This document shows positions 37,753 through 50,215 of a stretch of 64,000 nt of DNA, piece after piece. The notes below the pieces were generated by a model. That model was not told the DNA's origin and did not search any database. It worked only from the letters and a program-made list of their open reading frames with translations. The position numbers and the translations under genes are program-made. The stretch is from Takakia lepidozioides. Lineage: Eukaryota; Plantae; Bryophyta. The stretch is from NCBI GenBank assembly GCA_030704615.1, contig CM060734.1:4278001-4342000 (forward strand), given 5' to 3'. Position 1 is the first letter of the stretch; the number at the start of each line of letters is the position of its first letter.

Positions 37753-39385
37753 GCTAGCTGACATAATGTATTGATCAAGGGTTTCCAATTTGCTTCTGCG
37801 CTTGTGAAAGTTACAAAAAATGTTAGTGGGCCGAGTTGGCGTATCATAGCAAATATATCTTTCCGTAATCGTTGCAAATAATGTGGTGATATTCGAACCT
37901 TCTCAAGTTCCCGGTATCCCAAGTCAAATCGTAGTATTGTATCAACGTTTGGTTTACAACTAACTTGCTTTGCTGTTAGTTCACGCCCTTGAAGTTTACC
38001 TTTCCTAATTCAAACCCAAGATGATCAAAGTACGAAATAAATTATAACTTTAATAGCTTTAAAAAATAAATTGGGAATATAACATGCAAATTTCCTATTC
38101 AGAAGAGTGAGCTCCCATTTTGCAATTGCTTGATATGAATAATTTTTGATAATTTCCCCAGGACGAGATTGTCCATAAAACAGGGTTGGGAAATTGTATT
38201 CTTCACTATTATGATCTCGAAAAAGTCCAAGAGGCTTATATCCTTCGTTTGGAGCGATTGCATAAGTACTGTATTCATGATCGAATATTTGTTCAGCGTC
38301 AAGGAAATTTTTCTACGAATGTGTCCGTGGGAGTGTTTTCATATATTTCTTTGAAACAGTCATTAGTATTTTGGTCGTCAACATCGTCTATGATTGTTTG
38401 GAAATCCTCAAACAATTGAAACATGTCTTTCCAGTTGCTTCTTATCGATATATAATGGATTCTCACATAAATCATGCAATGCTCTAATAACCATGTTTGG
38501 TCGGACGTACCCTAACATGTAAGGTGTATTATATTCAAGTTTTCGTTTTAGCATAATTGCTATTGTTGCTTCATCTTGAGGAAGACGTGGCAAGACAGAG
38601 TGAATTTTATCAATATTTGTTGGAACATTAATAATGCTACCACGAATGCCAAATTGACCGAATCCATGCAACTGATATATTTGTGCAAATGCCATTCGAG
38701 GGGCTACAAGACGTTCTTCCAATTGGTTCAAGACATCTACTGATTCAATTTTTTTTTTTTGTTTCATGATAATGTTCAATAAGCAAATTTATTTTCTTAT
38801 CATCATCAATCATACGCCGACAAACCTCACACAAATATGAGATCTCTGATTGTGAATGAACCAAATCTCGGACATATAATATTATATAGTTTAAATAATC
38901 TTCAAAAGCCAATTTCAGCTAGTACTTAAGCCACAATCGGCCGCAACATACACAAACGAACCTAGGAGAATCGTCTATATCTCTTTTGTATTTTTTAATT
39001 AATGCAAATTTTTTAGTTTTCAAAATGTTATGTTTTAGAGTTTTTTTGTTTTTAATAAAAATTTCTCGATCTATTGGGTTTTGACCTTTTTTTCGTAATA
39101 GATATAAATGTCGAATGATTTGTTGAAAGACAGTTTTAAATGAGTATGAGAGCATAAAAATTCATTCCCAATTTGTTTGTTTGGGAAACTAGGGTTTGTT
39201 TGTTTAATATGCAATAATTCTCTGTCAAGCTCTTTTGTCCAATGAAAACGTTTAGCATATGTAACATCATGCATGTTTGATGTGAAAATATTTATTTCAA
39301 TATCAGCGTTAGATTGTGGAGTTGATGTTGTATTTGTCTCCACATTCATGCTCGCTTTAGTGGTATCAAATTTTGGTGTTTTCAA
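37753..39385 (-). mobile_element. Helentron-type Helitron RepHel, N-terminal half (degenerate)
   Basis: CVCCGRLW, EERLVAPRMAF..GSIINVP..LPRLP, LRKDIFAMIRQLGPLTFFVTFTSAEANW (Helitron Rep motif 1). Confidence 0.85.
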
Positions 39386-39654
39386 ATCGTTTGCGTAAGT
39401 TTTCGCCTACTTCTTCTTTAAAATACATAAATGTCGATGTATTTGCACATGAGTTAAGATCAAATGTGGATTCATTTTTATAAATATTTTAGCTATAACA
39501 AGCACAGTACTATCAAGGTTTTTTTCACATATATTGAGAAGTATTTTATCAAATTCATTTGTCCATCGGAATCTTCGAAAAAAATTATGTTTAGGTTTAT
39601 CAAATGTGGAAGCCGAAGTTCTATTTTGCTGGTTTCAGTTGGTTTGGATGTTGA

Positions 39655-41240
39655 ATTGGCCTGCTCCGAGTATGGGAGGATGGTCGAGTGAGGATTGTGC
39701 CTCACCCAACACAGCGGGCACGGTTAGTGCGGCATGCCCATGAGGAGTTGGGGCATTTTGGGGTGCGACGCACTCATAGTCTACTGCAGGGGCAGTATTG
39801 GTGGCGTGGTATGCACACAGAGGTGCAACAATTTGTGGCTAGGTGCATGGTGTGTGACAGGGTGCGTGCTTCGTTCAACGCCCCTACTCTACAATTGCAC
39901 CCTCTTCCGATCATGGGATTGGGCTACAGGTGGAGTCTTGACTTTGCAGGGTCGTTGCCACTGACCATGCGCCACAACAAGTACGTGTTGGTGATAGTGG
40001 AGCACTTCTCCAAGTGGATCGAGTTGGTTCCATTGCCTGATAAGGCTAGTGAGGGAGCTGCGTATGCATTCTTGGATTGTGTACTTAGCCGATTCGGTGC
40101 TCCAGCTGAGGTACTCACGGACCAAAGGAGTTTTAGTTCTTGGGGGAGTTTCAGGCATTGTGTGACAAGGCCTCGGTAGACCACCGCATCACTTCTCGGG
40201 ATCATCCAGAGGCCGATAGCTTGGCAGAGAGGGTTGTTCAGACAGTGGAGAGGGGTTTGCGCAAGTATGGCTTGCAGAAGGGACACCTAGGAGATTGGGA
40301 CCTTCAGTTACCTTGGTTAGTCATGGGCTACAGGTTCAGCAAGCAAGCATCACTTGTCTCCTTTTCACCATACTTTCTTCTCTTTGGCCGAGAGCCGGAT
40401 TTGCTTGCATCCATTCGTAGAGAAGCTGCTATAGTTCTCAACCTTGACGATCCGGACATGTGGGCACGTGCATGTAATCAGCGTGCAGAGTTGTTCAAGA
40501 AAGTCATGCCCATGGCTTTCGAGAACCTTGCCATTGCACAACATCGTGATACGTTGAGGTATGCTACCATACGTGGTGGGGGCTATCGTCTTGGGGTTCG
40601 GAGATTTAACCCTGGTGACTATGTATATCTGCAGCAGACTGCTCCTACGACCTTGGATGTGACTGCAGGACGTACTATTTTGAGGGTTCGAGAGGTGTTG
40701 CCCTCAGGAGTCCTGATCTTGGAGGGTCGGGATGGCATGATTTGGAAGAACCATGTGCGTAATTGCGCGCCATGTCACCTTCCAAATGTTGATGGAAGGG
40801 TTGACCCAAACCTGGCAGTGGTACCTGCAAGTTTGAGGTGCATGTGTGTGGGTCTGCTAGAGGGGCAGCCACCATGCTGGTGTGTGATCGATGCTCTAGA
40901 GGTTGGCATATGGGATGCTTGACTCCACCTCTTGAGATGGTTCCTGATGGAGATTGGTTATGTCCGCATTGCATTGGATAGTGGGAGTGGATACAACCAT
41001 GGAAGGCTAACAAGAAATGCAAGGCCAAGCTACTAGGAGACCAACACACGAGATCCTGACTCAAGTTCACATATTGCAAGACGGCGACTAACGATGGGGT
41101 TGCTCTTGTACCCGACCTCTTGGTCTATAGAGTTTGAGTACAATAGGAACAGTGATAGAGGACTTAGTACGGCTGTGGCTATTACATCTTGTAGCTATCT
41201 GGAGTTAGAGGGACCTAACCGCCAGCTAGGGGGGCGATTG
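39655..41240 (+). mobile_element. Ty3/Gypsy fragment: integrase with a C-terminal PHD finger, then PPT
   Basis: HEELGHFG..CMVC, WSLDFAG, VLTDQ, AER. At 40868-40975: ATMLVCDRCSRGWHMGCLTPPLEMVPDGDWLCPHC. AGGGGGG at ~41228. Confidence 0.85.
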
Positions 41241-41707
41241 TGGTATAGCTTTCTAGGATTGTGTGCTTAGATTGTGTGGTGGACAGCGATGTATGTTGTG
41301 GCACGATGCTTAGGTGCACGACAACCGTGTAATGACTTTCAACAGGTGGATTGAACCCACAACCACTCATGAGAGGGTATGTGCCTGTTTACTCCCAAAT
41401 TTTGCACGCACATTGCATATGTTGTCATTAAGCATATGGCTTAAAAATGGAATTAAAAAAAAATCATGTGCAGGCGAAACGCAATTTTCCGTCTCTACGA
41501 CACGTAGCTGCGTTCAACACTAGAATGACCCATTGAATGAACTTGGTTCAAGCTCATATTTGGTCCACATGTGTATAAGTATGTTCAAATCACATGTGCA
41601 AAGTTGCAACCCACACGAGCAACAAGACAAATATTTACATCAATTGATTAATCGGATGTATACAAAGTACATCATGAGAATATCTACAATGCCCCTCTAC
41701 ACAATCC

Positions 41708-43420
41708 TTATCTCAAAGGAACCCTATTTCTATCATACACATCCCACTCATGCTGTAACCGGAGGTCCCAATCATCCCGGGAGAACTTGTATGAGGCAAA
41801 TAGCTCGCTGTCAGCCCTAATAGTCCTACTAGCACATGTCATGACAAACATGTGCATCGCCTCACAATATACCGACGTATGACCACAAAAGCTCTCATGC
41901 CCCTCGCTTCATTCGTCCCATACTACATTGGTTCTCCTAGGATGACCAAAAGAACTGTTGATGAGCCCAGCAACATTGCCAAAGATATCGGGGTCACCAT
42001 CACAAAATCTGATATCAATGGGAGACAACCCCCGTCTACGTACATCCTGTCCATTGACACACAAAATGTAGGGTAGGATGTATGGGACTTCGAGGTGTAA
42101 TGTACAGAACTCCCCGGAGGTGTAGTATGGACCGTAGTAGGGAAACGAGTCCACCATGCTGTTTCTCCGAGGAGGAACCACAATATTATTGATCGTGAAT
42201 AAACCCCGACCCATAGCAGGGTCAGTAGTGGCTCTCACAACATACCGTCTCCCCCAATACTCAAACTCCACATTCTCTCGGATGGGGGTAGGAGGGTCGA
42301 GATGATTTCCCCAACAACGAGGCTAGACGGTCCTCAATAACATTGCGCTTCCCATCGGGGGCGAGGATCCAGCTCAGGCCGCCCAAGCCGAAGGGGAGGA
42401 AACCTAGGGCGAAGCCCACCCCTCCTAGGGGTTGGGGGGGCACATTCACGTAGAGGTGGAGGTGGAGGTGGTACTGCTGGCAGAGGAGATGAAAATGGAG
42501 GTGGTTGAGGATGTAATGCCGGAGGTGCAGCCGGGGGTACAACGTCCGGATCAGGTAAAGAAACAGACGGGGGGGGGGGGGGGGCAGGGCACAATCGGCC
42601 TGCAAGCTGCTACTGCATGTACAGCGCGGAGAATCATCAGATGGGGACACTGGATCAGGGGGACCGCCTGAGGAAACCGGAGGGGGGGGGGGGGGGTGCT
42701 CGTCGCCGGCCATAACGCCTACGACATCTACGATACCCCTTGACCCTACACATCTCATCTACGTGATGCTGGGGGAACCAACTGGTCACATCGGGCACAG
42801 GCTCTGGCACAAATTCTGCAAGCAGACCGGCGCGAAATGCCTCCCCTGCAATGTGATTGCGAGCTTGGGCATCAAGTCGTGGCTGCAATATGCGTAGTGT
42901 ACGACACATCAATACTTATGTCATAATTTGGATTCATGTATGCTTACCAATCATACTATATTATTAGATAAACCAAATGTACTATACAATGAATGTTAAT
43001 GAGACGGGTGGGAAAAAAACTCACCTTTGCCGCATCCGCAATCTTGTTCTTTTTGTAATGTCTTTCGACAATATGCGGTCGCCGCCTCGGTGGTCTGGTG
43101 CCGCCCGGCGGTATCCGTTCCCAACACTTAGTGCACCAACACTCAATCCTGTCGGGGGGGTCAAAGGTGGACGTGGGTGGACGGGGTGGCCCGCGAGGGG
43201 GCAACCCGCGGCGCGCCCGATTCGATCCCGGAGTGTCAACATCCTCCGCATCACCTGAAATTTGGCCTTGGTCCCTTCTAGGATTGTGTCCGGTAACCTG
43301 TATTGGATCAGGTGTAATGGGTGGCTCCTCGCCACGAAAAACGGTCGCTCTAGGGCCACAATCGATATGTGGTACTACCTCCCCATCCTCGAGGGAGACG
43401 GGTCGATGTTTCCTCACCAT
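41708..43420 (-). pseudogene. SET-domain protein gene with an N-terminal CxCxxC..H motif and a Pro-rich linker, probably TE-borne
   Basis: GRGLF, PYYG, DGDP..GNVAGLINSS; then, in the same frame past the TGA at 41909-41911, ASRTIRADSELFASY. Confidence 0.75.
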
Positions 43421-44119
43421 CGCATCCTAATTAACACACACCACCAGCACTTTCATTTCTCAAAAACCGTTGGCAAAAAAACCCTATGTCCCTTTTCCAC
43501 CCAATGACAACAAGGGGTTGCTATGCCCCAACCCCGGGAGGCCGTACCGACCCTGCAAAATATAAACTCCAAAACCCAGTATCAAAAAAATAATATAAAG
43601 AAAAAAGCAAATCCCAAATCTCGACATCTTTCTCTTGATCCCACATGACAAGACAGAGCCATAGACCATCTCCCCACCCCGACCTGCCTCTACTGCTGCG
43701 GCTGCGGCTGCTGCTGTTGGTGCTTCAAGCGCGCTGCTGCCGTGCTGTCGCGGCTACCAACGGCTCGGGTCCCCGCCGCTGCAGGACCTCTCTCCCCCGC
43801 TCACCACGGCTCTCTCTCTCTCTCTCTTCAGCTCGTTTAGATCCCGCCTCTACACGGCGTTTCTACCACAAAGGGGAGAGAGAGGTCAGCCCGTGCTTAG
43901 GGCAAGAGAGCAAGAGAGAAAGTGAGGGAGGAGGCGGTGCTTACCTTGGGCGTTGGAGCGGCATTGGGGCGAACTCCTCTCCACCTTGCGACCACCTCGG
44001 GCTCAGCAGCGGGTGCGTTTCTCCTCCACCCTAAACCCCACTCTCTGAACTCCCTTACTCCCAAAGAACAAACGAGAACGGGAGGGGAATGAGGTACTTC
44101 AAGCACTTAGGAAAAAAAA

Positions 44120-44365
44120 AAGGCGCGGCGCCTACGTGCGATGACCGGCCGTCGCACGCCTGCGCCCCGCCTTTTTTTTTGAAATATAAACATGGCATCT
44201 GCGACGGCGGGACGTTGCTGCTTGCGACCCCCGACCTCACAAATTTAAAAAAACACTTTGCCGCCTGCGACAACTTTCCGTCGCGGCATGCGACCCCCGG
44301 CCTGAATTTTTTTTTTAAATGCGTCGCAAAATGCGACGCGTGGGTGTCACAGGCTGTGACGGCCG
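44120..44365. repeat. GCGAC/GTCGC subterminal-type repeat cluster upstream of the SET gene
   Basis: Multiple tgcgac/gtcgc motifs separated by A/T runs. Confidence 0.55.
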
Positions 44366-44400
44366 GCCTTTTTGGGTTTAGGGCCTTTTGGGGTTCTTAG

Positions 44401-45140
44401 TTTTTTTTTTTTTTTTTTTTTTTTTCTTCATATGGTACTGGGGTAGGGTGTTTGTTTTTCTTTATGGTGCTGGGTTTTGGATTGGTGGTTTGGTTCTGGG
44501 TCTTGGGGTTGAAATCCCGAGGCTGAGGCAAAGGCCCATGCCCTTAGGCAATGTGGGACTGGTCGGGGGGGGGGGGAGTGACTGAGTAAAAGGGGCTGGG
44601 GTTTTGGCTCAGCCTCGAGACTTTCAAAGTTGGTAAACAGAGGTATAGGCACAACTCCCTTGATAGATTTGAAGAGAGCGTCTCTTTGGTGAGAGAACCC
44701 CGGACAGTGTATCAGAAAATGAATATTGTCTTCAGGTTGCCCACACAACGGGCAATTGCACTCTCCCTTTCCTCTCTGCTTCTGTTTACTGTTCAAAGGT
44801 AGGCTTCCTGCCCTGAGTTTAAATTTCAGTCTGGTGCCGAGAGTGGGATAGACCCTTGAGCACATCCACGATGTCCTCCCCCATGTCACAGACTGGAAAC
44901 ATGTTCAGGGAAGTTTTCTTTCTAACGTTATATTCATCGGACAATTTTTTGGTAACAGACATGGCTTTGGACACTACACTCTCTAAGTCAGATTTATCCA
45001 GCAAGGTCAAGACTTGCGGGTTCAGATTCAGATCCTTGAGAATCTCTTCTACTCTCTTCTACTCTCTACTCTCTTCTACTAAGAGCAAAGCCACATCTAG
45101 GAGAAGCCAAAAAGCATTTGAGCCGAAGACAAACTAAATA
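44401..45140 (-). mobile_element. LINE 3' fragment with a C-terminal zinc knuckle and poly(A) tail
   Basis: FKLRAGSLPL..CPLCGQPEDNIHFLIHC; T-run at 44401-44425. Confidence 0.8.
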
Positions 45141-45479
45141 TTGATATAAGGCATTGGCTACAGGGGCCAGTTAGTAAGAGTAATGTACAGTGACCGGATC
45201 ATGTAGAAGGTGTGTACATATACTCGAGTATACTGTCTTACCAGGGCCTAGCTCATAATATCATAATTTATAAGTTTGTTATGCCTTGTGCTTATCTATT
45301 CTCCATGCCCAAACCATTGGTCTACTGGAAAGAAACATACCTGGTATGAACCACGGTTGCACAACCTGACTAACAAAGATTGGAGGAAGCAGCCGGAGCT
45401 AGTACCCCAAGGTCTGCAGCTCATCAATCCATTCCGGAGTGATCTTGGTGGGGTTCTGCACAAAGGCTGGAAAATCAGC

Positions 45480-48400
45480 ATGGTAATGGATCCAAAGAAA
45501 GTGGAGGTTATCCAGAAAATACCACCACCAGAAAATCCCAAGAAACTTAAAAGATTTATGGGACAGACGAGCTATTACAGAAGGTACATGGACAAATATG
45601 CTCACAGAGCAGCACCAGTCTATAGACTGCGAAGCAAGATGCCGAATACCGATGGTCTCCAGCTTGCCAGGAATCATTCGATTCACTAAAAAGGGCACTC
45701 ACAACAACACCAATTCTGATAAATCCAAGATGGGATTTACCATTTCATGTACACAGTGATGCATCAGGCATTGCTTTGGGAGCAGTTCTAGCTCAAAATG
45801 TGACAGGCACAATAGATTCACCAATCTATTATGCAAGCAGATTGTTGACAGCAGCCGAGAAGAACTATAGCACCACAGAAAGGGAAGCATTGGCAACGAT
45901 TTATGTTGTTCAAAAGTTTCGGCATTATTTACTTGGCAATCGCTTTAAGTTTATTGTTGATCATCAGGCTCTAGTTCATTTAGCAAATCGACCACTAGCT
46001 AGTAGCAGGGTTGCTCGATGGTTATTACTTCTTCATGAGTATGATTTTGAAGTTGTTCATAAACCAGGGAGATTACATGTTACAGCAGATCATCTGTCAA
46101 GGATTACTACAGGAGAACCAGCCACGGGGGTAGAGGATCAACTTCCCGTCGTATGTCTGTTTGCTGTTCAACTGGAAGCACCAGATGAAGAGACAGATCC
46201 TATAGATGCTCTGGGAATGTTTCAAGGAGACTATGACTTTCCAGATGCTCTTAAACTCATGGATGACACTGATGAAGAAGAGGATTCATCAGATGAAGAT
46301 GAACCTCTTGATGAAGGACCTATTATTGAGGAAGAGCCAGATCCAGAAGAATAAGATGACAAAGAAAACGAAGAAACAAACAATCAAGAATTGGCCAATA
46401 TCAGTATTGGAGCTTATACAGTCACCAAAGAAGAATCAGAAGACATTTAGGATCAAGATCAACTCCTTCTGTCATCTTTGGTGTAATCTTCAGGGAATTT
46501 CCCTGTGTTCAAATAGTGTTTGATTGGCCATTGCCAATCATCAATGAAAAGCAAGCCATACACAGTAATCAAGGAGATTCTGTACAAAAGAGGAATTGAC
46601 TCCATAATGAGAAGATGTGTAAACAAAGAGCAAGCCAAAACAGTAATGCAAGAACTACACGAAGGAATTGCAGGAGGACACTTCAGTTCGGACTTGACAG
46701 CAAAGAAGATATTATTAGCAGGTTACTAGTGGCCTACTGTATTTGGAGATACTTATGAACACTGCCAACAATGTGATGTTTGCCAGAGGATGGGACCAGT
46801 AGAATGAACTGGGAAGGGTACTCTGCACCCAATACTACCAACAGAACCATTTCAGCGCTGGGGGCTAGACTTCGTGGGACCCATTAAACCTCCAGCAAGG
46901 TACACACAAAACCAATACATCCTCACAGCCACTGACTACACTACCAAATGGGTAGAGGCCAAGGCACTAAGAGACAACACTACCAGATTGACAGCCAAAT
47001 TCTTATATGAAACATCATCACATGATTTGGTTGCCCACTGGAATTCGTCAGTGATCAAGGATCACATTTATAAATGATGCCATAAAATGCTTGACAGAGG
47101 AGTTCATGATCGTACATCACAAGAGTACTGCTTACTATCCCCAAGGAAACGGCCAGGCTGAATCTACCAACAAGATATTATGCACTATCTTAACCAAGAT
47201 AGTAAATGCCAATCGAACAGATTGGGACACCAAATTAAACACAACACTATGGGCATACAGGACATCATACAAGGTGACCACGAAACATACACATTTCAAC
47301 TGGTGTATGGAGCAGAGGCACTATTACCCATTGAATGTATGATACCCACACTACGAACCGGAACTCATGAACGATGGGGTTTAGAGGAATCTCTACGAGT
47401 CAGGGAATATGAGTTATTCCATCTGGAAGAAGTTCGGGCAGATGCCGCAGATAACATGGCACGGATTCAAGAACAACGAAGAAAAAGAATATCTGAAGGG
47501 AAAGAGAAATCTTTCCAGGACGGGGACATTGTTTTGTGGTTACCAAAAATCAAGAAGATCAAACTGGGCGGAAAATTGAAAATGCCATGGATGGGACCAT
47601 TTCAAATAAAAAAAGGTACATGGCAATGGAACTGTTGATTTGCAGACCTTGGAACAAGAATTCATGGGACGAATTAATATTAACAAGTTAAAAGGCTACC
47701 AAGGAATACATGACAAAGCCCTTATACATGACTTATACGCCAACGAGGAAGATCAAACTGAAGATGAGGAGCGTGAAACCGCCAGTGCATACTACATTCA
47801 TCACGACATGGTGAATCGGCATGTACTAAGACAGGTGGCAACACAAATTCAGGGCACCACGACGGCTAGACCACCATTCATCTGGAGGACAGCATTACCA
47901 CCCCGTATACCGTATGGTGAACCGTGGCCAGCACAGATGCCCTACAGAACCGTGAACGAATACGAAGCAACCAACGAGTCACTGCTTGTGTTAAACTCCG
48001 AGATGTACGCTCCAGATCACCCCACCGACCGAGGTAATCATACACACTAGAGATGAAGAAACTCAATAGGGCAATGGTGAGGCAGATGAAATGTCAATTG
48101 ACGAAGTTGGTGACAGACATTCATGAGGAGTTCTTGCCACCAATCCCAGAACAAGAGGAGCTCATGGACGAAGATGATCAAGAGGAGCAAGACCACGAAC
48201 GAGAAACACCAATACAATCAACAACAACAACGCCAGCACAAACACCACCAGCAACACAACCACCACCAAGTCAACAGACACTGGTACAGGCCACAACAGG
48301 GCCATCTACTCAAGAGGTAAACCCCGTAACACTACCAAGTGTACTGGTAGCTTCAACTTTGGTAGCAGCGGATGATTTCCAAATCATGCCATGCAAGCAG

Positions 48401-50215
48401 GATGGGCAATGGCTAAAGTATTCAGAGGAATACTTTAAAATGATAGTAGTCCCAGCCCACCAAATCCCAGAGATACTGGAGAAGGTCTTCAAAACCTTAA
48501 CCCCCTGCAGATCATTGGGTCAATTGCATCTGCTCAATCAAACTCTTATCCCTCTGAGATATAGGATGAGGCCACTGGCTAAGGAGGAGACATGGTCAGG
48601 GGCAGAATTGGTTGAATTCTGGTGCAAGGCTCCCCTGGAATACAAGGAGCTGGTAGCTTACATGTGGGCAGTGGGGCAATTGAAGATTAATCCTACCCCT
48701 GCAGTAACCATTGTAATGGGATGCCCAAGTTTTTATATTGGCAGTTACTTGTACCGGATGTTCGTAACAATGAGGGGAAGCTGGGAGCGCTATGAGAGTA
48801 TTGAAAAAGATACTCACTGGGAATTACCCAAATTCCAGCCACCAGAGAGAGTCGCAGGCACTTCAGCATATATGAACAGACCACTGTATGCTGAAGCATG
48901 GCGCCAGGCGAAGGATCACTTTTCACCATTGGTCTTGGACAGAGACCACCCTTTCAGAGAAACAGGGATCCAAGGTGTTAGCTGGTTAATGGGCAGCAGG
49001 GCGACTAAACACATTATACCCTGGACCAAGGAGGAGCTGCAAACCTACCGAGAAACCTTGACCACAAAAATCGACATGGTACGTGGGGACGGAATAGCAG
49101 AACACCCTGATGACCCATGCTCCAAGACCAAGTTCTATGTCTGGGGTAGGGAAATCATTACCATAACAGGCTGTAATCAGATTTACATGAACCAGAGGAG
49201 CAACCAGACAGTGACGACAATAGGAACAAGAAGCTGCCTCCACGACAATCCTGGGACACACTTCCTACCCCGCAGACAGGCATGCCACCACCTTACATCC
49301 CCAAGAGATACAGTAAGCACAGGAACTGATGAAATTGTGCGGACACAATTTCAAAAGGGGGGGGGGTAATTGATAACGGCTATGCTACGAGGGACAGACA
49401 ACGAGGGTCACAACGGGACATACCGGGACAGGCAGAGATGGCTAAGTACGCGATACTTAGCAAATGGCGGAACAAGGGTACATTACCACGGGAGCAGTAG
49501 TGGGTAGTGTAGTAACTGTGGGCCGTGAACCACGATATCACACGGCCACGTTAGCATCGGCTTTAACCAATAGAGGGAGTAGTGGACCGTTTACTACTAT
49601 GGCTCACGACCACTGCAACGAGCCATTTTTTTAGCAAACCTCTTAGGTTGCGTAGGCAGTTAGGCAAACGGTCATTAACGACCGCAGACTGTAACGACTC
49701 TTTTGAGCATAGTATAAAAAGGCTGCACGCAACTTAGAGGGAGAGCAATATGAGTATGAGTATCAGTGATCAATGTGTATTCAATGTGTACTTCTGTGAT
49801 GATGTGACGAACTCTGAAGTAAAGCCATGCTATTCGAAGTATCTCTGTGTAGAGTGAATGTGAGATGGAGAAAATGTGCATTATGAGATAACGTGAGATG
49901 GTGAGAATGTGTATCATCTCAACATAATTCTTGTTTTGTCTTGACTACCATCTGCTTATCTGAACAAAGAGGCTTCAGTCCTTTCGACTAAGGTCCGTTA
50001 TGCCAAAGAGGCTGTGGATTGGGCTTAATCAATATGATTAAGCAGCCTGTAGGGATATGGCTTCATACGACGTTCATAGTTTAGCTATCCTGAAAACGTT
50101 TACTTCGTAATCGTTTCTGAAAGCATATCGTCGGACAACCTCTGTTGCATGTCTTAGGAAATGGGCAGTAGTGTTATTAGCCTGTTTTGCCTAAGTCATA
50201 AACCAGCGGTTAACA
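45480..50215 (+). mobile_element. Non-chromoviral Ty3/Gypsy 3' part: RT connection, RNase H, integrase, extra ORF, PPT and 3' LTR (49371-50215)
   Basis: [60 protein letters not shown] aaaagggggggggg; LTR TG...CA; TSD CTAGC at 50216-50220. Confidence 0.9.
48053..49369 (+). CDS. 438-aa extra ORF of unknown function in the 3' region of the Gypsy element
   Basis: Uninterrupted ORF between integrase and PPT; its stop codon lies 1 nt before the LTR. Confidence 0.7.
   Translation: MKKLNRAMVRQMKCQLTKLVTDIHEEFLPPIPEQEELMDEDDQEEQDHERETPIQSTTTTPAQTPPATQPPPSQQTLVQATTGPSTQEVNPVTLPSVLVASTLVAADDFQIMPCKQDGQWLKYSEEYFKMIVVPAHQIPEILEKVFKTLTPCRSLGQLHLLNQTLIPLRYRMRPLAKEETWSGAELVEFWCKAPLEYKELVAYMWAVGQLKINPTPAVTIVMGCPSFYIGSYLYRMFVTMRGSWERYESIEKDTHWELPKFQPPERVAGTSAYMNRPLYAEAWRQAKDHFSPLVLDRDHPFRETGIQGVSWLMGSRATKHIIPWTKEELQTYRETLTTKIDMVRGDGIAEHPDDPCSKTKFYVWGREIITITGCNQIYMNQRSNQTVTTIGTRSCLHDNPGTHFLPRRQACHHLTSPRDTVSTGTDEIVRTQFQKGGG

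Noticed and set aside
41460-44400. CACTA termini around the SET gene
   Set aside because: CACTA occurs at ~41518, but no matching TAGTG terminus or 3-bp TSD was found.
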